Below are positions 25,601 to 38,849 of a stretch of 64,000 bases of DNA, in pieces. Source of the stretch: Raillietiella orientalis (taxonomy: Eukaryota); NCBI GenBank assembly GCA_036172245.1, contig JAYWIR010000013.1, forward strand, positions 1,116,001 through 1,180,000, written 5' to 3'. Under the pieces are notes generated by a model. It worked only from the letters and a program-made list of their open reading frames with translations. It searched no databases and was not told the DNA's origin. Made by a program: the position numbers and the translations under genes. Numbering within the stretch: the first letter of the stretch is position 1; every line of letters starts with the position of its first letter.

Positions 25601-25924
25601 AGGGGCTTGCAGGAGCAAGAGAAGGAAGCGGGCCTTGAGCTCGTCCGGTTTTTAGGACTACAAGTCTCCCCTCGCGCACGATAGGAGCGCGGAACTGCGA
25701 GCAGGCACGTGGGCTGCAAGAGGCGCGGTCCGGTTCGCCCCTTCCTTGTTTACGTTTGTGGATTGTTCCTTCCCCTTGACAGTCCGATCTTTTCTCGTAG
25801 CTGAGCCGAGAGTCGGTGGTCCACGCTCCTTTCTTGAGTTGTGACTGTTGCTCAGAAACCATCCTTTTGCTCCGTATATGGCAGTAAGAGCCCCCGTAGA
25901 ACGCCGAGGATGCGTTCCGCGTTA

Positions 25925-26302
25925 TACGAACCCCACGGACAATAGGATGGTATTGATAAAAAGTGCAAAGCGTATCACAAACAGTATAATGTTTATTATT
26001 TCTCTCCGAAACGAAAATAGGAAAATTAAAAGCGTTCATTCATTATCCAGCCTGAAGTAGGGAAAAATTCCCTTTGAGTTTTGTTGGCATTTTAATCAAT
26101 TCGAACCATTCCATCCGTCGTTTCCGATCTATCATTCCCGCCACCGAATCTTCTGGAGCAGTTTGATTCACGGAAGTGAAAAGAAATGGACCAAGTTCCA
26201 TCGCATCCCTCCAAGAAGCAGCCAAACTGAAACTGAAGCGCGGAACCGAGGTTCGTCCACGGCGTCGTGAGGGGGCTCATCCAGCGCGTTATACGAGGGC
26301 TG
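25925..26302 (+). repeat. Unclassified 378-bp interspersed repeat, copy 1
   Basis: 4 mismatches (manual) versus 46102-46479. Confidence 0.95.
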
Positions 26303-26329
26303 CCGCTGCCCCTCCCTTCGCTGTGTTGT

Positions 26330-27802
26330 ATGGCCCGTTCCTGGATGGCAAATTCCACTTGCCGGAACGGGCCGCAGTTTGGAAAGCGTTTGCGGCCCCA
26401 TTCTGCGCCACCAAGGACCTGTTGCGGATTGCCCTCTGGGGAAAGGGAAAGCCCAGAGCTCCCTTGAGAGACCTGTGCGCTCCGCGTCGCGACGCTGGCC
26501 TCGGCCTCCTGACGCTGGGGCGCACAGAGGCGCAGCTGCGATGGCGAACCCTGGCCATCTCAGCCAAGTTCTGGAGCACTCCTTCGTGCGTTTCCACCCG
26601 TCTTCTCGCCCGCTGTGTATCCGGAATGGAAGGGCTTGCGTCCCATCTTCTATGCCCCGACCGGAAGATTCGAAGATGCGGTCTCCTCCTCGGACGCGTG
26701 GCCACACTGGCCAAGGAGAACGGGTGGATGGTTTGCAGCCCCGTCAACTCTGGCGCCTGGCTAGAGGAAACAGTTGGCAAAGATGAACCAACTGGCCAAC
26801 GCAACGTGGAACTGCCTGAGATTCAGCAGCTGCGCCCGCTGCTCGCTCCGGAAGGTGTCCCGCTAGGAGCACGTGGGCTGAGACGACCCCCCTCGCTACG
26901 GCTTTCCTGAGAAGGGCACTCAACAACAGCAGGAGGCTGAGATGGCGGGTCACCTGCCGGATCTCAGGCAGAGAGAGGATGTTCAGCGGTTGGACCATGG
27001 GTCAGCTGGAGGACACCACGACCCCGAGTGTCCGTCCGCACGGACTACAGCGCTGGGGTCAACTGCTCCGCAATCCAGAACAGCTGGAGTGGCTCCCGGT
27101 GTTAAGGAACACGGCCACCCTCCCCCTGAAGTGGTAGGAGTCGGCGCTGCTGGTGTTTCACTGGGGTCTCCCCTGCTACGCGCGCCGCCACCACTGGACG
27201 CTGGGTAAGGTGGATCCAACTGTGCCAGGTTTGGGAAACGGGAGTCCCTCCCGCAACTGCTAGTGGACTGTGTTGCCCTCCGGCTCTTTTGGAAACGTTT
27301 TGCGACACCCTCCGGATCCCGGTTGGCAGTCCCCCCAGGGACGGTTTTCGGCTTCTCTTCATTCGGGACGTCCTGCGACCAGCCACAGCCCTGGAAGCAC
27401 TTTGCTGCATCCGTGGGATTGTGGTGGCATGGAGCAACACCCGATCAGGAGGAAGCAACGAGAGGGACACCACCGTGTATGCAGTACGCTTCCTGCGCAT
27501 TGCTGCCAGATGGTCCTACCTGAGGAACATTCCGAAGGACCTGGCCAGGCTCGTCAACAGGATGGACTCCGCCTCCAGCGGGCAGTGTTCCCTTCCCTTC
27601 CCTCCAAAGCCTTTTTCTCATCTATTTTTTGTTTTATTTTCCTTTTTGTTTTTTCCCCATCTCCCTCCTCTGCCGAGGTTCGTCCCGGTCGGTCTGCGTA
27701 CCGACGACCCGGCAAGTCCTGTGTTGTGTTGGCCTTAGTGGGGCCTCGAACCACAAATGTAAGCAGAGTTTTATAATAAACACCCCGGCATGACCGGGTG
27801 GC
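26330..27802 (+). mobile_element. L1/Tx1-type LINE 3' ~1.5 kb
   Basis: LPERAAVWKAF, APRRDAGLGL (GGLG-like), zf-RVT remnant, UTR, AATAAAcaCCCCGGcatgaCCGGGTGGC. Confidence 0.8.
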
Positions 27803-28499
27803 AACGCTGCGTTATATGGAGGTCCGATGTGTTTTCTTTTAAACAGGCGTAAACGCCCTCGCCAACGGCACGGCCTTTCCCATTTTCATTCAAAGCTTTT
27901 GGAGCACACATCACAGTAGGCTTCCTGTGATATTCGTGCTGGCGAAGCCTTCAGAGCTGTGAGCGATTGGTGGCCCCACAGGCGCAGGCGTGTAGTCGGC
28001 AATGAGTTTCGAACTCAGTAGCAGGCTCAAGCCTATCCGTCCTACAAGGCGCTACACCCGGACGACTTCCAGAACCAATGAAATCGACCTTGGCTCCCAT
28101 GCACGGGCACAGAGTGCGCATATACGGAGACCATAGAGATTCACGCTGCCATTCCCTGGTGATACTTCCCATCTCAGACTCCATTCCCAGTTTTACATTT
28201 TTTGTGCGTGTGTTTAATCTATGCGAGACTCCATGGCTTTCAGATAATTGCTGGTCTCATCCCCCCCCCCCCTCAAGCTTCCGCTGTCTCCAGTATCGCT
28301 CCTTCCACTCAGCTGCATTCTCAGCCTTTTATTCAAACCTCCCTTGTGGCGTCTGCACTTCGTAGATTCGTCATCCGTTTTTCTATACCTATACCTACGG
28401 TCACGCTTCAAGATAAAAATTTTGAATAATGGTCCATAGTGGAACGAAGCTTAGAGGTGCTGCAATTAGAGTCAGCTGTCAAGTCTCCGAGGTTAATTA

Positions 28500-29800
28500 T
28501 CATCCTAATTATCAAAACCGTAACTAAAGTGAATGTTTGTCTTGAAGGCAAGAGGACTTCCCCGTGCCTTCGACGCTCCTGAGCGTTTTCGGCGCATCAG
28601 AAACTCTTCGGGTCACTTCTTGAGAAGCTCCAACGCGGCGTCAGCAGCGAACAGTTCCATCTTCTGTAAGAGTGCCATTTTCTCTTCCTTCACGACTAAT
28701 TCCTTCGTTGTAAATAGTTACCTTTTGTTCCAAGCTTGCCGTTCTTCCCGGCAAGCTAATTATCATCATTGTTTTCTTGAATTCTGAGAAATTGGGATAG
28801 CTATCCCATACTTCAACGAATGAACTCGGGACAGCGTTGGAAACTTTTCCGACCCCTTTCCGGAATGTCAGTGAAACGGCATAGCAGGCAACAGAGGAGG
28901 CAGGCGGATGCATCCGAGGGCAGCAGACCGCAAAAAGTGTTTCTTGGAGTGCTGAGAAACAAGCAGAACCGTTCCCCACGGTTCGTGTACACGAAAGGTT
29001 GTGTTCCTTCCTGAGACGAAAAGCACAGTGGCTGAAGCTGCATCCCAAAGCCATCAGCCCTCCCGAAAAGCGGAGGAGGTCCGATTTTTGCTTAGGTGCG
29101 GAAGACACCGCCGGATGCGGCTGCTAACGCAGAAAAGAAATGGAAGGGGTAGCGATTTGGGTAGCGAATTCGTTATTTGGCATTATCGATGATCTTCCAG
29201 TCTCACAAAAAAGTCACTGGACTCTCCTTGTGTACACGGAAAACCTTGGACGCAGAAAGCAGCAACTTACCTGGAAGCAGAATGTCAGCGCAAGGTGTGT
29301 GGTTGTACGTTCCGCATTCCGATCCAAAAGTCTTGGGGATTCCAAAATCTCCCTATCGAGCTATCCGTAGCGCGAAAGTCTGGCGAGCAGAAGAACTAAA
29401 TTTCTTCACAGGAAGCGGAAATCCGTTAGTTCAGAATTGCCATAACACCGACGGATCGCTCCCTCGTTACTACCGAAGGAAGTCACAGGAGTGAGAAGAT
29501 TAGCGATTTCCGCGAAACCTTCATCAGCAACAAGGCAATGGGTCCCTCCTTCCGGGAAGGGGTCCACCCCTTCTCCAGCAAGCACAGGAAAGCATTGCAG
29601 CGAACGAAAAAAGTTCTGGCAACTTGCTGCTTGTTAAGTGAAGGAATGGTTGGGTTTCGGGGATTGTCGTTGAAAGCTAGAGGTGAAGGTCGCACATTAA
29701 AAGACCAAGAGATGTGAAATCTCAATCCGTGCTACGATTGTTTACTGAAGGAAGCAGGGATTAAAAAATCCCTGCTTCCTCAAGGAGAGTGAATAGGGTT
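28500..29800 (+). mobile_element. RLE LINE RT2-7 fragment (AT-richer than its surroundings)
   Basis: CFLEF..IPY (RT3-like), EGVAIWVANSLFGIIDDL (RT5 ADD-like), NVSARC (RT6-like). Confidence 0.5.
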
Positions 29801-30106
29801 AGGGGGAACAAGGAAGGACAGTTGATTTCGCCTTAGTGAATTCCAAAGAATCATTTTTATTCTCTTGCAAGAGCACACTGGTGCTGGGTGACTCTGACCA
29901 TGCTGCTTAAGTCTCCTCATGCAACTTTCAATAGGTCGAAACAGGCTTCAGGATGAACTAAGAATTCAATAATCACCAAAAATAAGAGTACCATAATGTA
30001 ATTCTCCGCGAAGGCATGTGTACCTGTCACGTGTAGAAGATGGGAGGCCACCTAGAAGTTCCCATTCTTTCATTTAATGTGGCACACGTGAGATGGAAGA
30101 CCCTAA

Positions 30107-30840
30107 TCACCAACTAAGGGACACTCGGCGTGATGGTTGCCGCTGAAACCTGTCTTCGTCTCCTCCGTTTTCGAGCTGGATCTGTGGGACATTTCCGCAC
30201 ACACCTCCTTTTCCCAGGATAACTCCCAGAATGAGGCTGAGGGCGCGTAGAGAAACGAGTGGAATCTTATCTGGCACCTGTTTGCCGACTTCCCTTAGCG
30301 GTATACAGAGAAAAGAGGCACTCCTACTCTTGTCTCCACGACTCTTCGTGATACTTGAGGATCTTCTGAACGGTCTGAGGTTCTGTTCTCTTTCATGCCC
30401 GTCTGCGGAACGCTCTTCCAGCAACGAGCGTCTTTTCGCGGAAATCGATTCCTCCAGACGATCCCACGGTTCGCGGATGACGCCGACAGCCTTCGTTCCA
30501 ACGCAGACGAGTATGTTAAAATGCAGCCCTGCGTCCCTTGAGCGCGCGCCAGAGCGATTTCACAGGGAACCGGAGAAACGACACCTCTTCACGCAAAAAC
30601 GCATCGGCGGCTGGCATCGGTAGGTCTTGGTGTTCCGACGGTAGGAGGATAGGTCGGGACCATTTCCAGAAGAACTGAGCCTTGAGATGGAAGCGTTTAT
30701 GCAGCCTCGAGAACACTTGACGCCTCAAGAGACTCACAAAAACCGGAAATGACGATCGGTCCCTTGCACGCTGCGAAACCGCCCTGCTTATGGATTTCGG
30801 CGAGAAACGAGCGAAGTTCTTACGCCTTGGCTGCGTCACT
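30107..30840 (-). mobile_element. RLE LINE linker/RT0 fragment
   Basis: LRPFRRSSSITK..SASFLCIPLREV resembles RT domain 0. Confidence 0.4.
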
Positions 30841-30960
30841 TTTCTCTTGCACGGGGGAAGATCGGCGGAAAAATTGGGATACGCTCAAGCGGCAGGCCCG
30901 CGGTTGCCACGCTTCCTCCTAAGAACAGCCATTCTTTCGTTAAGGAAGGTCCCATGGACT

Positions 30961-31730
30961 CAGCAAAGAGCTGCTGGGGTCGCGGCTGGTGGCAGAGCAT
31001 GCCGCACGAAGAGGAGCTGTAAAACACACCTGGGATTGCCAACCGGAGTATTCGGGGTCGTTCCAAAACGTTCCCATAGGGAGAGCAGCACAGTCCATAA
31101 GCAGGCGCGGGAGGGATTCCTGTTCCCCGCACACGCGACAGTCCGGGCTCGCACTTCCCAGTGTCCAATGATGTCGGCGAGAGTTGCAGGGAAGACCCCA
31201 GTGCAACAGCAGAAGTACCGACTCCCGCCACTTCGGGGGGAAGACGCTGCTGTCCTTGAGCACTGAGGGCCACTCCAGGTCTCCTCTAGGAATGCCGAGG
31301 AGCTCGTTTCAGAGCTGCAGTCCTCGCGGAGGGACACCCGGGGTCGTAGCATCCGTCAGCTGCCCCGCGGTCCATCCACTCATCAGGTTCCGCCTGCCTG
31401 CGCTCTCGCAGAAGACTTCCCGCCTTTCGAGCGGTTGGTTGCTGCTGCCCAGTGCCCTCCTCAGGAAGGGCGTCGTTGCCGCGAGGGGGATCGGCTCCGC
31501 CCACACGCCCATGCTGGGATTCTCGAGGATCTTCCGCAGCGAGCAGCAGGCGTCGTGTCTGAATCGCAGGCAGTTCGATGTCTTCGAGCTAGGCCTCTTT
31601 CGACTTCGCCCACGTGCCAACTGTTCCTCCTAGCCAGGCTCTGGAGCTGGAGGGGCGCCTCGGGTCGGGAAACCCGCCTGCAAAAGGGCGCAGTGGGACT
31701 CCGGGATTCCTTCGGAACAGGTATCAGGGA
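30961..31730 (-). mobile_element. L1/Tx1-type LINE fragment; 30961-31618 is an inverted duplicate of 48217-48874
   Basis: LLLLHWGLPCNSRRHHWTLGSASPDCRVCGEQESLPRLLMDC; about 3 mismatches in 658 bp. Confidence 0.9.
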
Positions 31731-32599
31731 GTAGTAAAAGTGCTCCCGAGCTCTTGACTGCCCTCGGGCGCGCCGAACCCGCCGGTTTCCCGAAGGCGGA
31801 ACGTGAGAACCGCCCTGTTCTACGCGCTCGCATGACGCTACGTCATTAGGCCGTGGGTTAAATAATTGAAGACCGCGTCCCCTCCTTCGGCGAAACATCC
31901 GCATCTGGGATGAGTGCGCTCCTCACTTGCTATCACGCGGAGATGCTCCGGAACCTGGGATCGATCGTTCCGAGAGCGGAGTCCAAGCAGCCGAACGGGT
32001 CCCATCCAGGGCACGCTATTCATCTCAGAAAGTGAAAATAAAAGTGTGTTTTCGAGTTTTCTCGCAACAGGCAGGGCGACAGTTTCGTAAAACTCTGCCT
32101 GTTGCGAAACCGCTGCGAAAGCTGCTGCCCGCCGTAGGAAATGGTTTGAAAGGTCATTCTTTGGGGTCAGACGCGGGAGACCCATTACCTGCGTATGGGG
32201 AGGGAAACAAAAAAAACAGGTATGAGGCATGGAGGGTGGAGACAGAAGTCTGCAGGATTTCCGTTTTCCATCCCGCTTGCACGCCTGTTAGCGGCGTGGT
32301 ACGGTCCTCAGACTGCGATACGTCGTCTCCCCTCTCCCCTTCTCCTCCCTCTCCCCACCCTCTCCTTGCTTTCTGGCAAAATGGCAGTTTTGCATCGCCG
32401 TGGAAACCGAAGAGGAAAGAGATTTCCGTCAATCTGTGCAGGCGTTTCGACAGACGCTTCCCCGACCGCAATGGATTTTTCCTTTTCTTCTTTTCTTTCT
32501 CTTGCTGCCTCTTTAAGAGGCAGAGGGGGAGGAAAAAAATAACGGTGCCGACGTCACAAGGGGATTATCGACCCCTCCCGGCCGCTCCACAAGTCCTGA

Positions 32600-35070
32600 T
32601 TCGGGTAGGACTCAGCCGGCCGGAGCACCAGATCGTGCCCTGCGAGGAACCATAGGTGGGCGTCCCAGTGCTGCCGCCTGTTGACTCGGGATCGAACTCC
32701 TCCCGTTGCCGGAGTGCGCCCTCGTGTTGTGAGGTTCACCCTGGAAGACCAAGGGACCCCCCTCGATCGGACCGCCGTGAAGTTACGCTCTCCCCAAAGC
32801 TACTCCACGCCGATCCTGTGTCCAGCGTTTGCCTCGTATTCGAGGGAAGGACCGCCATCTCCTTGGAGAGTCTGGCACCCCTTGCCCAGGACAGGCCGCC
32901 CAGCTTCCTTAGGATCCTGCCCGAAGTCCAGAATCTCCGTTCGATTTTCCAGCAGGTGAGGAGCATTTTCAATGCGCTACAAGCCTGGAGAGCCCTGGCA
33001 TGTCTCGCCCCTGTGGGTCCAGCAGCGCTCGGCAGAGTGGCACCGCACCTTCCACCGGAGGAGCCGCCATCTCCCTCATCCTCTCCGGATCCTCAGGATT
33101 CCCGTCGTGTCGCCTCTCTCTGGCTCGGTCTAGACAGGTGGCTTCTTCCTCGACCTTCCGAGCTCGCCTGCTACTCCACCAGAGGCCAGCCGGCCGACGA
33201 TCGGGTTGGTCAGCACAGAGGCAGCCCCGCCACGCCTCCAGCTCGTCGGGAAGATGGGAAGAGGGTGAGAGACGCGCGGTCGGCCTGCTGCCTTCGAAGA
33301 AGAGAAACCTCGAAGGGACCTTGGTCTGTCAGCTCTCCGGGACCACACTCCGTCGCCACCGTCCCGAGCATCTGTGGCAGCCCGCAAGAGCCGCAGGGGT
33401 GCCCCTGCACTGCACATTCACTTCGGCGGCAAGACGCTACCTCCTTGGTTGCCCTTTCTGTTCTTTTCAAGTGATAAGAGCACACTGCGACTCCCCAGCA
33501 GGCGCCCCTGGGGGTCAACCTCTCCCCTTGCACCCTCCCTGGCGCCCTTCCGCCGCATGACCGCAGCGTCAGGGGACCGCGAGCGGGATCCTCAATCTTG
33601 AGCGAGGCCTCCAACCCGAGGGGCCGTCCGCAGGCAGTCACCGCCCTAGTCGCTCCAGTCGCGATGCGGACTGCAAGGCACCCTCAGGACTACTCGGTGG
33701 TCAGACCGACCAGTCCCTCCCCTCACTCACGGTCCCAGCCCGACTGGTCCTACGGAATCATCTTCGCCGCCACCCACCGCGCCCCTGATGCATCCACACC
33801 CCTTTGGTTGTGGGGCCCTCCGACGTCGAAGTCTTCCCGCAGCCTCCTCCCTGTAGACTACGTTCCATCCTCTCACCCGAAGCTTCTTCAGCCGGGGGAG
33901 GAGGGAGCACTCGGAAGGAAGGGAACAGCCGAGGCAGAGACAGTCGAGCACCATGACCCCAGCTCCGACGCCCAGGCGGACCGCCCCCCGGCGACTCGAT
34001 GCACCTCGAAGGTAGAGTCGCCAGCTGGTCACTCCGGGTCGTCCCGAGCGGGGTCCAGCGGATGCTTCAGATGCATCCGGCCTGATCGAATGATGCCGTG
34101 GCATTTGCCCTCGAGTCACCGGCGTGGATCCGAGATCTCGAAGCGTCAGGCCAGCCACCACGCATTCACGCGGCGCGCGTGCGCCGACGTCGTTTCCCCT
34201 TCCCCTTCCCCAGAGCGCATCTGTAGATGCCGACTCCCTCTTCGTTCTTCCAAGCCGGCCCGATCGCTTCCGGGGCTCCCTAGAAACGACGTCTCGCGTC
34301 CAGAATGACGGCCCCGTGTCTCCTTGGCAGCGGCAGGCGATCAGGGGTCGACACCTGTCGCCGTCCGTCGAAAGGCGACTCCCCATCCTCCGATGGGTCG
34401 GCTCCGCAGCGCGACCGGCCGGCAGCCGTGACACGAGAATGCTTCCACGGTCTCGGGTGGGCAGCGGCGCCTTGCCCCGCTCGAGCTTCACCGTGTCTTC
34501 CGGCCGCCCCTCTTGCGGCCAGCAGCAGGCCAGCGGCCGATCCGCGGGTTCTCGATCTAGGGGGGGGTTATAGGGGGCGCGTCCGGAAAGCAGGGTGTGC
34601 CGAGGGGCTGCCATGTCCGTGGAAACCCCTCGGACTGGGTTCTTCCGGATAGAGGTTTCTCGCGCGCCCCTGAGCAGGATCGGAGCGCCCACACTCGACC
34701 CCCCCCTCTGACCTATCTCCTGCAAAGGCCTGGCATGCCCGGCCCTTACAATAGAAGGGGCTCTCGGGATTCTGGAATGTGCGTCCGGAGGACGGCGCGC
34801 TGCGTCGGTGGACGGTTGGTAGGTCTTCCGAACCGTCGGCCTCATTGCTGCAGGGAATGAGGTCCACTGACCAACGAACGCCCTCCCGTGACACTTCCGG
34901 GAATGAGAACCGAAAGAGACGCTCATCACCACTGTCTTCGTCCTCATCTGCGGGATAACCGCAGCGCATCCTTCACGCAGCTCTTCGCCTCCCTGTTCGT
35001 GCTCGGAGAATGGCTTCCGGCTGGAACTTCCTGCCTCGAGGGAACGAGAAGGACGGAACGCGAGCACTGC
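32600..35070 (-). mobile_element. L1/Tx1-type LINE 5' part: ORF1 remnant then APE endonuclease remnant
   Basis: ORF1-like VKLERGKAPLP..PAGRAAEP..C region; APE-like SRRAGGVAGL and VTSRRSDR. Confidence 0.5.
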
Positions 35071-35619
35071 AGAAGGTGGGTCGATTCGCTTTTTTTTTTT
35101 TTTTCGAAGGCAGGGATGGTGGGTGACCTGGCGCCTGCTGTGCAGCGGGGATCAGATGGCCCGGAGCGTACAGCCACAAAGAGGAATACCATGAATAATT
35201 CACCCCCTCACCCGCACACCTCGAGCTCTGTTGCATCCTGGACCGGACCGCTCGGGAAAGAACAAAAGCAGAGAAAGGACCAGAAGTCGGTCGTAGCATG
35301 GGAGTGGGGGAGGAAGCACGCTCGCTCGGCTGTACCGGCTGCTCTGGGGAGATTGTAATCAGACTAGCTCGAAACCAGTGACAGCATCCAATCCCCTCTT
35401 CCTTCAGACTTTCCTGTCGCTGCCCGACTTACACCACGTCCATCACCTTGAGGTCGATCCGTCCTACCCATATTCATTTATTCATTCATTGTCTCCTCCC
35501 CTTCACTCCCTGCCTGGCTCTGTCCCCAATTTGGTCGCTCTGTCTCAAGTCAGTACATGCTGCCCCTTTTCTAGCTTTGAAGATGCTATCTATCTTGCTT
35601 ATTTGAAATAAATGGCACG

Positions 35620-36000
35620 GCAATCCGGGATGAGAAGGTCCTTCCAGGGATCCCGTGAAACTCTGAAGCGTTCGATAACTCACGCCACTTTCCGGAACAA
35701 AAGCAGGGTGTTGGAACTCAAGCGAGCCCAAGAGTCCAAGGACTGGCTGCCGACTCGTAGGTGAGCTGTTACAGAAGAGGCATCCACAGCAGAAAATATA
35801 AGGTGAGCATCTCAAAACTGGCGTTCCTCAGGGCCCGCTGCGTTTTGCCGTCGCAAAGACTCAATCGAGGCTTCCCGCCGCTCCCACCGTATTCCTTGAC
35901 TGCATTTTTGGGTGCCATGCTGATCGCGCGCGGTAACGTCATTTCACGAGGCGTGGGGGATGGCTTTAGGTAGCGCATCCCATACGAGATGCCCTGTGGA
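35620..36000 (-). mobile_element. RLE LINE RT7/post-RT fragment
   Basis: MRYLK..., RALRNASFEMLTLYFL. Confidence 0.35.
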
Positions 36001-36006
36001 GCCGAT

Positions 36007-38060
36007 GCCACCCGGATACGCCGGAACGTTTATCCAAACTCTTCCATGGTCAATACAATACGTGGTACAAGGCCCCACTAACGGCTAACATTTCGCCGGA
36101 CCTGATGGGACACCGGTACGCAGACCAGAGTAACTCGCCTCGTCAGTGGAAGGGGAAGGGGGAAAAAACAAAAAAATAAAAATAAAACAATTACCGAAAA
36201 AAAAATTTTTTGGAGGGAGGGGAAGGGATCACTGACCACTGGGAGGAGGATCCATCCTTCGCAGGATGCCCTCGAGGTCCTCCTTTAATCCACACAGCTG
36301 GGGCCATCCGGCAGCTCTCACCATGAAGCGAACAGCATACGGGATGACGTCCCTCGTTACGAACATCTTCTTCGTCGTGGGCATCACTCCAAGCCGCCAC
36401 GATGCCTCGGATGCAGCAAAGTGCTGCGAGGGCTGAGGCTGGCTGCAGGGCGTCCCGCACGAAGAGGAGCCGGAAAACGTCTCTGGGTGCGCTGCCTACC
36501 GGAAGCCCGAGGGTCGTCCCAAGACGTTCCCAAAGGTAATCGGAGGGCAGCACAATCAATAAGGAGGTGGGGGAGCGATTCCCGCTCCCCGCACCTGGCA
36601 CATTCAGGCTTTACTCTCCCCCGCGTCCAGTGGAAGCGGCGCGCGTTGCATGGTAGGTCCCGATGCAACAGCAACAGCGCCGACTCTTGCCACTTCAGAG
36701 GGAGAATCCTGGATTCTGTCGATACCGTGGGCCACTTCAGGTCATCCGTCTGGATGCCGAGCAGCTCGCCTCATTTCTTCAATCCTCTCGGCTGGACGCT
36801 CGGGGTCGTGGCGTCCGCCAGTTCTCCCATGGTCCAGCCGCTAATCAACTTTTCTCTGCCTGCGATACGTCAGGAGACTTGCCACCTGGGCATGCGGCTG
36901 CTGAAAAGCGCCCTTCTCAGGAAGGGCATCTCCGTAGCAAGGGGGGGTCCTCTCCGCCCACGTGCAACTCGCGGGAAATTCCAGTATTTCCCGCAGAGTG
37001 CGGCGGGCGTATATGCCGGTCCGCAGGCAGTTCCACATCTCGTGGCTTCCCTCATTTACCTTCGCCCACGTGCCAGCAGTCTCCTCCAGCCAGGCGGAGG
37101 AGTTGGCGGGCTGCATACCATCCAGTCCTTTTCCTTTGCCAGGGAGGCCATGCATCCAAGGAGCAGGCCGCATCTTCGAATCTTCCGGCCGCGGCACAGA
37201 AGAAACGAAGCGAGTCCTTGGATCCTGGACACACGGCTGGCGAGGATTCGGACCGGAATGCACCAAGGGGTGCTCCACATCGCTGCGATGGCCATGGTGC
37301 GCCATCGCAGCTGGATTTCCACGCGCTTTAGCGTCAGGAGGCTGAATCCGCCGTCCCGATGTGGGCGCACAAGTCCTTTAAAGGGACTCGGAGCCTCCCC
37401 TTGCCCCAAAGGACGATGCGGAGGAGGTCCTTCGTCCTCTTCTTTACTTCTACGGGGACGGGGCAAACAAAAAGTAGGGAGCAGAGGATGGGGGCCGCGA
37501 ATGCGTTTCAATGCGTTCCCGTGGGGATCGGAGGGCAAAGCAGTCCGCAAGCAGGTGCGGGAGGGGGATTCTCGTTCCCCAAACCTGCGTCAGTCCGGGA
37601 TCACCCTCACCTCCCGAGCCCAACGATGTCGCAGGCGTTGCAGAAAACACCCCAGTGCGACGGCAGAAGTGCCGTATTCCTCCACTTCAGGAGAAGGGTG
37701 CTGCTGTTCTTGAGCACTGAGGACCACTTCAGGTCTTCGCAAGGAGTTCCGAGCAGCTCGCCCCAGCGTTGAAGTGCACGTGGGGTTGTGGCATCCGTGA
37801 GATTGTGGCGGCTTGGTCAGGAGCGTGGGGGTGGAAGGCGGAGCGAAAGAGGAAAGCACGTGGCTCTTGCTGACGCTTCGCCATTCAGGGAAGCGGCTAG
37901 GAGTTGCTTTGCCGCCGCAGAACCCGGAGGACCACCGGCCGGGTGCCTCTCCGGTAAGGCGGCAAGCTGGAGCCTGGAGCTGAGCCGGGCCACGCAATGC
38001 GGAAGAAGAGCACGCTGGTTGCTCAAGGAAGCCTGCACGAAGCTTGTCCGCCTCGTGGAA
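36007..38060 (-). mobile_element. Two tandem L1/Tx1-type 3' fragments (36007-37420 with terminus; 37500-38060)
   Basis: LLHRDLPCNARRFHWTRGRVKPECARCGERESLPHLLIDC; terminal motif at 36007-36033; second zf-RVT remnant at ~37520-37690. Confidence 0.8.
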
Positions 38061-38849
38061 TGACGTCATCGCGCGCGATCATCATGGCGCCCAACAATGC
38101 AGCCTGAAAATGTGGGGTGAGCGGCTAGCAGGCGGTCCACGCGGGATGCCCTGCTAAAAAAAATACGGGAGTGTTCCTCTCCCGCGTCGCATCTACTCTC
38201 TTTTCGGTTCTGCTCGTTGCCAGGAAAAGATTTCCCAGACCGTTTCCCGGAACGTAAGGGGACTCTGACCGTAATTTTCTGAAAAATACCTCCATGTATT
38301 GGCCTCAAAGATGGGGGATGCGTATGTCAGGGTTACGAGAGCCGATTTCGCTCCAAGAGCACGGCATAGGCATTCCGCTGGCGGGAGTGGCTTGTCACTC
38401 CGTCTTCTTCCACTCTTCCTGTCGCGCAGCTGCGGATGTGAGTCTCGAGCTGCAGAGGATCTGGCGAAAAGCAGGCGAGATATCTCCAGGTGTTGAATTC
38501 ACCGCAAGCGACCTGTGCGGCGCGGGAGCTCCATCTGGCGGAAGGTCAAGCCTAACGCCTTCGGCACGAAGGCAGCTCATGCGCTTGGATTTGGTGGCCA
38601 CGTATCCTCCTCTCCCTTCCTTCTCCCTCCTCCCTAGTCTGCCGTTTTCATGGAAATCCGCCACAATCCGATGCTCCCAGGCCCGCGGCAAGGCAAGGAC
38701 CCCGGCGACGGCAGCGGCATCCTTTCCGGAGGTGGAGGCGTTGCAAACTGTAGGTAGCGCCACGTCACCAGCCGCTCCCGAGTTCTCCCCCGCGAAATGA
38801 GTGTGGGTCCATAACAGGGATGGGTCCTCCCTCCAAGTTGCAGCCAGCC

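Noticed and set aside
33727..35067. 446-aa ORF as an intact gene
   Set aside because: ORF1-like motifs drift between frames and catalytic Cys/His are decayed; long frames are expected at this GC content
36421..37713. 430-aa + strand ORF and many similar R/G/P/S-rich ORFs
   Set aside because: Antisense shadows of Tx1 remnants in GC-rich DNA
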